53,949 nt of DNA from an uncultured Geobacter sp. (GTDB lineage: Bacteria; Myxococcota_A; UBA9160; JADFDR01), in NCBI GenBank assembly GCA_964424225.1, contig CAYRID010000004.1:1-53949 (forward strand), written 5' to 3'. Positions 48,056 through 53,949 of this stretch are shown here, piece after piece. The notes under the pieces are model-generated. The model was not told the origin of the DNA, ran no database searches, and saw only the letters and a program-made list of their open reading frames with translations. The position numbers were made by a program, and so were the translations under genes. Numbering within the stretch: position 1 is the first letter of the stretch; each line of letters opens with the position of its first letter.

Positions 48056-48666
48056 GTGCGTTGATCGTCGGTGTGCTTGCGATTCAAGGTGATTTCGAAG
48101 CGCACGCAAAGTTGTTGCGTGCGCTGGACGTTGCGCGCGACGCAAGCCTGCACGGAAAACACCTCACCGTGCGGGCCGTGCGCAAAGTGCAAGATTTCGA
48201 CGGAATTTCAGCTTTGATTTTGCCCGGCGGCGAAAGCACGACGATTTCCAAGGGGCTTGCGCGCGAAGCGCTCACAAAGCCGATTCAAGAATTTGCGGCC
48301 GCCGGCCATCCGCTTCTTGGCACTTGTGCCGGCGCGATTTTGCTTTGTCGTAGCTCCGAAAATCATCCCGTAGAAACACTGGGCCTTCTCGATGCTGTGG
48401 CCTTGCGCAATGCCTATGGCACGCAGGTCGATTCCTTTGCGCAAAACGTCGACGACGATTGTGCGCCCGAATTTGCAGGCATGCGCTGCGTGTTCATTCG
48501 CGCGCCAAAGTTTGCGTCGCTGGGCCCGCAGGTTGAAGTGCTTGCGCGCGTTGGCGGAGAGCCTGTTTTCGTGCGCGAGAAAAACTGCTTTGCCACCAGC
48601 TTCCACCCGGAACTCACCGAAGATCTTCGTGTACACGCCGCGTTCGTCGCGGCGATTTCGCATTAG
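48049..48666 (+). CDS. pdxT: Pyridoxal 5'-phosphate synthase glutaminase subunit
   Basis: [46 protein letters not shown]. Confidence 0.96.
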   Translation: MVSALIVGVLAIQGDFEAHAKLLRALDVARDASLHGKHLTVRAVRKVQDFDGISALILPGGESTTISKGLAREALTKPIQEFAAAGHPLLGTCAGAILLCRSSENHPVETLGLLDAVALRNAYGTQVDSFAQNVDDDCAPEFAGMRCVFIRAPKFASLGPQVEVLARVGGEPVFVREKNCFATSFHPELTEDLRVHAAFVAAISH

Positions 48667-48830
48667 GGCATTGGCCGCCGGCAGGCGCTGTGGTATCCAT
48701 TGCCCCCTCGAAGCGCACCGGCGCAAGGTCGGCTGCGGGCGAGGAAAAAATCAAATAACAACCTCAGTTCTTACCTGTGCCGGCTACTTCCCGTGGCTTT
48801 GATCTTGCATCGTGGCGCAAAAATGTGTAG

Positions 48831-48878
48831 GAGCTCTGGCGCCCTCGAACGAGAGGGGTCAGTCCGGGAGGAGAAAAC
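48831..48878 (+). promoter_or_regulatory. Candidate S6:S18-binding autoregulatory mRNA leader of rpsF
   Basis: Hairpin ccctc...gaggg, then CCG immediately before the SD (ccg-ggaggag), resembling the described rpsF leader layout. Confidence 0.35.
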
Positions 48879-49385
48879 GTGATACGGGAATACGAAACTA
48901 CTTTCATCATCCAGCCGGAAATCAGCGAAGAAGGCCGCGAGGCTCTTTGTCAGAAGTTCGATCAAGTGCTTGCTCGCCATGGCGCGACGCGACTCATGGT
49001 TGATGACTGGGGCAAGCGCCGCCTGGCTTACGAAATCCACAAATTCCAAAAAGGTCATTATCTGAGCTTGCTTTATCTCGACAACGGCGCTGCCGTGCGT
49101 GAGCTCGAATACGCACTGCGCATCGAAGAGTCGGTGCTGCGTTTTCTGACGGTGCAAGCAAAAGACGAAGTTCTCGATATCGAAGCCCGCAAAGCCGAGG
49201 CCGCCGAGCAAGAGCGCGTGCAGCGCGAACGCCGGGCTGCCGACAAAGCGGCGCGCGAGGAAGAGGAACGCCAACGCCTCGATGCGGAAGAGAGCTTGGG
49301 CTTGGGTGGCGCTGGATTTGGTGATGACGAAATCGATCCCGATGCTCTAGATGACGTCGATTCCGACGAGATCGACGAAGAGTAA
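48879..49385 (+). CDS. rpsF: 30S ribosomal protein S6 with long C-terminal extension
   Basis: [28 protein letters not shown]; GTG start after SD GGAGGAG. Confidence 0.95.
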   Translation: MIREYETTFIIQPEISEEGREALCQKFDQVLARHGATRLMVDDWGKRRLAYEIHKFQKGHYLSLLYLDNGAAVRELEYALRIEESVLRFLTVQAKDEVLDIEARKAEAAEQERVQRERRAADKAAREEEERQRLDAEESLGLGGAGFGDDEIDPDALDDVDSDEIDEE

Positions 49386-49402
49386 GGGGAAGGAGTAAAA
49401 CG

Positions 49403-49852
49403 ATGGTGGAACGACCTGAACGCAGTGAACGGTCCGAACGCTTTGAGCGCGCGGATCGACCGGAACGAAGTGAACGCGGCGATCGTGGTGGCGACCGCGG
49501 AGATCGTGGCGATCGTGGTGGCGACCGCGGAGATCGCGGCGATCGCTTCGAGCGTCGCGAACGCACGCCGATGACAGCCAAGGCGCGCTTGCGCGCGAAG
49601 TTTCGCAAGAAGGCGCGCAAGAAGAGCAAAGGCATGTTCAATCGACGCAAAGTTTGCCGCTTCTGCGCCGACTCGAAAATTGTGATCGATTACAAAGACA
49701 CCAAGGCGATCCGCTTCTTTGTGACGGAGACGGGCAAGATGATTCCAAGCCGCGTTTCCGGCAACTGCGCGAAGCACCAACGCGAACTCAGCGTTGCGAT
49801 CAAGCGTGCACGTCACTTGGCGTTGCTCCCCTTCGTCACTGCGGGGATTTAA
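49403..49852 (+). CDS. rpsR: 30S ribosomal protein S18 (Zn-binding type) with long N-terminal extension
   Basis: [43 protein letters not shown]; SD GGAAGGAG before ATG 49403. Confidence 0.95.
   Translation: MVERPERSERSERFERADRPERSERGDRGGDRGDRGDRGGDRGDRGDRFERRERTPMTAKARLRAKFRKKARKKSKGMFNRRKVCRFCADSKIVIDYKDTKAIRFFVTETGKMIPSRVSGNCAKHQRELSVAIKRARHLALLPFVTAGI
49478..49546 (+). repeat. 30-nt tandem repeat (about 2.3 copies) encoding [10 protein letters not shown] inside rpsR
   Basis: ggcgatcgtggtggcgaccgcggagatcgt (49478-49507), ggcgatcgtggtggcgaccgcggagatcgc (49508-49537), partial ggcgatcgc. Confidence 0.9.
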
Positions 49853-49866
49853 GAAAAAGGAGATCG

Positions 49867-50331
49867 ATGATGGGCCAGCATTTGCAGGTCATCTTGACGG
49901 AAGACGTAAACAATCTCGGTAACGCCGGCGACATCGTGCGAGTGAAGGCGGGCTATGCGCGCAATTTCCTTTTGCCGCGCAAGCAAGCCGTGCTCGCGAC
50001 GCGAAGCAAGGTGAACGAGATCGAGCATCACAAGCAAGTGATTGCCGCGAAGGTGGCACGCTTGCACAAAGAACTGGTTCACTTTCGCGACAAGATCCAG
50101 GGTCTTGATCTCACGATTGCGGCGCAGGCCGGCGAAGAGGGCAAGCTCTTTGGCTCGGTGACGGCAACGGCGATTGCGGAATTGATCAGTGAGAAACTGA
50201 ATGTTCCCGTGGACCGACGGAAAGTCGCGCTCGAAGACCCGATCAAAGAAGTGGGCGAGCACAAGGTTGCGATTCGTCTCGGCAAAGACGTCGTGGCGAA
50301 AGTCGTGGTCAAGGTGGTTGCAGCGGCCTGA
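49867..50331 (+). CDS. rplI: 50S ribosomal protein L9
   Basis: QVILTEDVNNLG..GDIVRVKAGYARNFLLP, GKLFGSVT, PIKEVGEH. Confidence 0.96.
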   Translation: MMGQHLQVILTEDVNNLGNAGDIVRVKAGYARNFLLPRKQAVLATRSKVNEIEHHKQVIAAKVARLHKELVHFRDKIQGLDLTIAAQAGEEGKLFGSVTATAIAELISEKLNVPVDRRKVALEDPIKEVGEHKVAIRLGKDVVAKVVVKVVAAA

Positions 50332-50389
50332 GTGTTCGGGGCATCCTGTGAACTCGCCGAGAGCCTTCTCATAAGCGGAGGAAATCGCG

Positions 50390-51841
50390 TTGGCGCGGGA
50401 GCAAAAGAACACAAAAAAGCGTCAAGCCGACGCGGTCGTTTCGGGCCGCGTTCCGCCGTACAACCTCGATGCAGAAAAAGTGGTGCTCTCCGCGATTTTG
50501 CTCGACAACGATGCGCTGTATCGCATTTTGAACGAAGTGCGCGACACCGATTTCTATCACCCCGCACACCAGACGATCTTTGCGGCGATGCTTGCGCTCA
50601 AAGACGCCAACCAACCGGTCGATCTCCATACCCTTTCGGATTATCTAAACGGCGCCAAGACGCTCGACTCCGTCGGTGGACCGGTGTTTTTGGCCGAGCT
50701 TGCGGATTACGCCGCAACGAGCGCAAACATCGTGCACCATGCGCGCATCGTGCATGACAAATCCGTGAAGCGCGCGCTGATCTCGGTGGCGTCGGAGATC
50801 GTCGAAACGGCTTTCGATCAAGACGACTCGGCCGAGGGCTTGCTCGATGTGGCCGAGTCGAAAATTTTTGGCCTGAGCCAACAAAAAGGTCGAAGCGATT
50901 TCACGGCTCTCCACACCGAGATGACCGCAACTTTCGATCACATCGAAAAGTTGATGCAGCGCGCAGGCTCGCTCACGGGAATTCCGACGGGATTTAAGGC
51001 GTTCGACGAAATGACGGGCGGTTTGCAAAGCGGCGAGTTGGTGATTTTGGCGGCGCGGCCGAGCATGGGGAAAACCGCGCTGGCTCTCAATATGGCGCGC
51101 CACGCAGCGGTCGAACACGGCAAGCGCGTGGCCGTGTTCTCGATGGAAATGAACACACAATCGTTGATTCTGCGCATGCTTTCGTCGGAAGCGCGCATTG
51201 ACGCATCTATGTTTCGCCGTGGCATTATCCCGATGAGCGATTATCGACGTCTTTCCGAAGCAGCGACGGTGCTTAGCGAAGCGCCGATTTACATCGACGA
51301 AACCGGCGGTCTTTCGATTCTCGAAATTCGTGCGCGCGCAAGGCGGCTGGCCGCCGAGCATGGGCTCGATCTCGTGATTCTCGATTACTTGCAGCTTGCC
51401 CACGGCGAGCGGCGCACGGATCGCAAGGATCTCGAAATTGCAGAAATCAGCGCGGGGCTCAAAGGCCTGGCCAAAGAGCTACGCATTCCTGTGATTGCTC
51501 TGGCGCAGCTCAATCGCGGCCCCGAGCAGCGCGATCCCGACAAACGCCGCCCGATGATGGGTGATCTGCGCGATTCGGGTGCGATCGAGCAAGATGCCGA
51601 CGTGGTTTGTTTTATCTATCGCGATGAGTTTTACAACAAAGAGAGTGAAGACGTTGGCAAAGCGGAACTCATCATTGCCAAACAGCGCAATGGTCCGACG
51701 GGAACGGTGAAATTGAGCTTCCAAGGTCAGTATGCTTTGTTTGGAAATTTGACCGAACGCGAAGAAGAAGCGATGCCGCATCGCGAAGCGAGTTTTTCGG
51801 GTCCGCCGAGTTACACCGACGAAGACATCGAGCCGTTCTAA
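50390..51841 (+). CDS. dnaB: Replicative DNA helicase
   Basis: PPYNLDAE, FYHPAH, AARPSMGKT, DYLQL, AQLNR, DLRDSGAIEQDAD, IAKQRNGPTG. Confidence 0.98.
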   Translation: MAREQKNTKKRQADAVVSGRVPPYNLDAEKVVLSAILLDNDALYRILNEVRDTDFYHPAHQTIFAAMLALKDANQPVDLHTLSDYLNGAKTLDSVGGPVFLAELADYAATSANIVHHARIVHDKSVKRALISVASEIVETAFDQDDSAEGLLDVAESKIFGLSQQKGRSDFTALHTEMTATFDHIEKLMQRAGSLTGIPTGFKAFDEMTGGLQSGELVILAARPSMGKTALALNMARHAAVEHGKRVAVFSMEMNTQSLILRMLSSEARIDASMFRRGIIPMSDYRRLSEAATVLSEAPIYIDETGGLSILEIRARARRLAAEHGLDLVILDYLQLAHGERRTDRKDLEIAEISAGLKGLAKELRIPVIALAQLNRGPEQRDPDKRRPMMGDLRDSGAIEQDADVVCFIYRDEFYNKESEDVGKAELIIAKQRNGPTGTVKLSFQGQYALFGNLTEREEEAMPHREASFSGPPSYTDEDIEPF

Positions 51842-51844
51842 GTG

Positions 51845-52756
51845 ATGGATCTCAAAAAACCCAAAGCCTTGTCTCCGGGTGGCACGATTGCAATCATCGC
51901 GCCCGCAGGTCCAGTGAACCAAAACTGTGTCGATGCCGGAGAAGTGAAGCTGCGTGCCGCAGGTTTTCGCACGCTGCGCCGCGACGATCTCACGGATTGT
52001 TGTGGTTATCTCGCCGGTGACGATGCGCGGCGCGCCGACGAGTTCATGCAGTTTGTTGGCGACGAGCGCGTGGATGCGATTTTTTGTGCGCGCGGCGGCT
52101 ACGGCTCGGCGCGAATTTTGTCGCGACTCGATGCGCAGCACGTGCGTGCTGCGGCAAAACCGCTGCTTGGTTACAGCGACGTGACGACGCTGCTGCTTTG
52201 GCAGCGCGCTTGTGCTGGGCTCGTCGGTTTTCATGGCCCGATGCTCGAACGCGGCGAAGATCTCAGCGACGAAGAACTTGAGGCATCGCTTGCGCTTTTG
52301 ATGGGCCAGCCGGCCGCCCTGCAACCGCTCGAAGGCTGTGCTGGCGCCGGTGCGCGCGCCGAAGGGCCGCTCGTCGGTGGATCGCTGAGCTTGATCGTCG
52401 CGAGTCTCGGTACACCGTGGGAGATCGACACGCGCGGCGCGATTTTGCTCATCGAAGAAGTCGGCGAGCGCCCGTATCGCATCGATCGAATGTTGCAGCA
52501 ACTTGCAGCGGCAAAAAAACTCGAAGGACTCGTCGGGATTGCTTGCGGTTCGCTGACGTCTTGCGAAGATCCTCGCTATCCCGCTCCGACGGCAGAGGCC
52601 GTCGTGCGCGAAGTTTGCGAATCGCTCGGGCTTCCGTGGGTGATGGGTCTGCCGTTTGGTCATGCTTCGCGCAATTTGCCGTGGGCCTATGGCGTGCGCG
52701 GTGCGATCGACGGTGAACACAGAAAAGTTTCGATTCTCGAACAAGGTGTGGTGTAG
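51845..52756 (+). CDS. ldcA: LD-carboxypeptidase (peptidase S66, LdcA-like)
   Basis: IIAPAG, YLAGDDARRA, ARGGYGS, GYSDVT, GGSLSL, IEEVGE.PYRIDRML, FGH. Confidence 0.9.
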   Translation: MDLKKPKALSPGGTIAIIAPAGPVNQNCVDAGEVKLRAAGFRTLRRDDLTDCCGYLAGDDARRADEFMQFVGDERVDAIFCARGGYGSARILSRLDAQHVRAAAKPLLGYSDVTTLLLWQRACAGLVGFHGPMLERGEDLSDEELEASLALLMGQPAALQPLEGCAGAGARAEGPLVGGSLSLIVASLGTPWEIDTRGAILLIEEVGERPYRIDRMLQQLAAAKKLEGLVGIACGSLTSCEDPRYPAPTAEAVVREVCESLGLPWVMGLPFGHASRNLPWAYGVRGAIDGEHRKVSILEQGVV

Positions 52757-53949
52757 ATGAAGCAGAGTGTTTTGCAAAAGAAACTTGCGCGCGTGGATCA
52801 AGCGCTCGACAAAGCCATCGAAGCCGCGGAGATTTCGGGCGCGGTGGTGCTGGCGCGAATGCCGCGTCCCGGCGCTCACGGAGAAAGCCACAGCGAAGGT
52901 CTTGGAGAAGACCGCAGCGAAGGCCACGAAGAAACTCTGGGCGGCGTTGCGGGCGACGGCGCGGCCGGCAGCGACGGAAAAAATCGCGAAATTCTCGAAC
53001 ATCTCTCGGTGCGCGGGCTGGCCGTGATGCGGCCCGAGCGCGTGGCCATGACGCGCGAAACGATCTTCGATCTCGCCTCGCTCACGAAACCGATCGCCAC
53101 TACGACGGCCATTCTTTGGCTGATCCACGACGGTGTCATCGCGCTCGACGATCCCGTGGCAAAGCACTTGCCCGCCTTTGCCGCTCGCGAAAAAGAAGGC
53201 GTGACGATTCGCCATTTGCTCACGCATTCATCGGGAATGAAACCGTGGCGCGCGTTTCACGAAGAGTTGCTCGAACGCGAAAAGAAAAAAGGCGAGCGTC
53301 TGATTTGGACGCCGCAAGCCAAAGACTGGATCCTCGAGCGAATTTTTTCAGCAGGGCTCGTGCATCAACCCGGTGAAGCGGCGGTGTATGCCGATCTCGA
53401 TTTCATCACGCTCGGTGCGCTCGTCGAAACGGTGGCGCAAGAACCGTTCGATCAGTTTTGCGAGCGCCGGATTTTCGCTCCGCTTGGTCTCAAGAACACG
53501 CGCTTCATTCGTCTGAACGAAGAGGGCATCGGTCTCGTCGATCCCGAGCGTCGCCGCGTTGCAGCGACGGAAAATTGTCCGTGGCGCGATCGCATTCTTT
53601 GGGGCGAAGTGCACGACCCGAACGCTTCGGCGATGGGCGGTGTGGCCGGGCACGCGGGTTTGTTCGCGCCGGTCGATGACGTGATGCGCTTTGCGCAAAC
53701 GCTCGTCGACGTGTGGCACGGACGCAGCGACGCATTACCCAAAGATTTGTTACACCGGTTTTTTACGAAGCAAGGCCTGCCGCCCGAATCCGACTGGGCA
53801 CTCGGTTGGGATACGCCGACGCCGGGTGCGTCGTCGTCGGGCCAGTATTTCGGGCCAAATTCCGTCGGACATTTGGGTTTCACGGGCACTTCGCTTTGGA
53901 TCGATCTCGAGCGCGAGGCAATCGTCGTGATGCTCACGAACCGCGTGCA
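52757..53949 (+). CDS. Serine hydrolase, beta-lactamase / PBP-like family, 3' end runs off the window
   Basis: Not in the ORF track. ATG follows the ldcA stop directly: FDLASLTKP (SxxK), LLTHSSG, YADLDF, GHAGLF, GHLGFTGTSLWID, MLTNRV. Confidence 0.9.
   Translation, partial: MKQSVLQKKLARVDQALDKAIEAAEISGAVVLARMPRPGAHGESHSEGLGEDRSEGHEETLGGVAGDGAAGSDGKNREILEHLSVRGLAVMRPERVAMTRETIFDLASLTKPIATTTAILWLIHDGVIALDDPVAKHLPAFAAREKEGVTIRHLLTHSSGMKPWRAFHEELLEREKKKGERLIWTPQAKDWILERIFSAGLVHQPGEAAVYADLDFITLGALVETVAQEPFDQFCERRIFAPLGLKNTRFIRLNEEGIGLVDPERRRVAATENCPWRDRILWGEVHDPNASAMGGVAGHAGLFAPVDDVMRFAQTLVDVWHGRSDALPKDLLHRFFTKQGLPPESDWALGWDTPTPGASSSGQYFGPNSVGHLGFTGTSLWIDLEREAIVVMLTNRV
52877..52936 (+). repeat. 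Five degenerate 12-nt in-frame repeats in the serine hydrolase gene
   Basis: cacggagaaagc / cacagcgaaggt / cttggagaagac / cgcagcgaaggc / cacgaagaaact, encoding HGES HSEG LGED RSEG HEET. Confidence 0.55.

Noticed and set aside
49478-49546. Tandem repeat as a CRISPR-like array
   Set aside because: No spacers; it is in-frame coding repeat within rpsR, and no cas genes are present.
51479-53227. 582-aa minus-strand ORF spanning dnaB, ldcA and the hydrolase
   Set aside because: No motifs; lies opposite three well-supported genes.

Overview
A 54-kb stretch of core chromosome from a diderm bacterium (lgt, lolA, bamD and a PilT-family ATPase are present). Gene content and order (pgpA-cinA-recA-pilT-like-alaS, DUF1844, GDR-repeat S18) suggest a Myxococcota / former-Deltaproteobacteria lineage; this is inference, not a database assignment. 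About 50 CDS and one tRNA-Gln(UUG) are supportable. I saw no CRISPR array, integrase, transposase or prophage. The standout is a complete actinobacterial-type Pup-proteasome operon (arc-dop-pup-prcB-prcA-pafA, 14169-20915) between ftsK-lolA and a stand-alone mreB. Its Pup ends in GGE and carries an unusual N-terminal extension; ARC also has a longer N-terminus, and Dop and PafA share an identical 29-aa block. The second highlight is a translationally coupled HEAT-repeat / HD-GYP gene pair whose products share a homologous, unnamed N-terminal module. Other oddities: extended ribosomal proteins S6 and S18, a PIP-synthase-like enzyme, a long-form IspG, and candidate structured leaders. All calls rest on motif recognition by eye; no searches were run.
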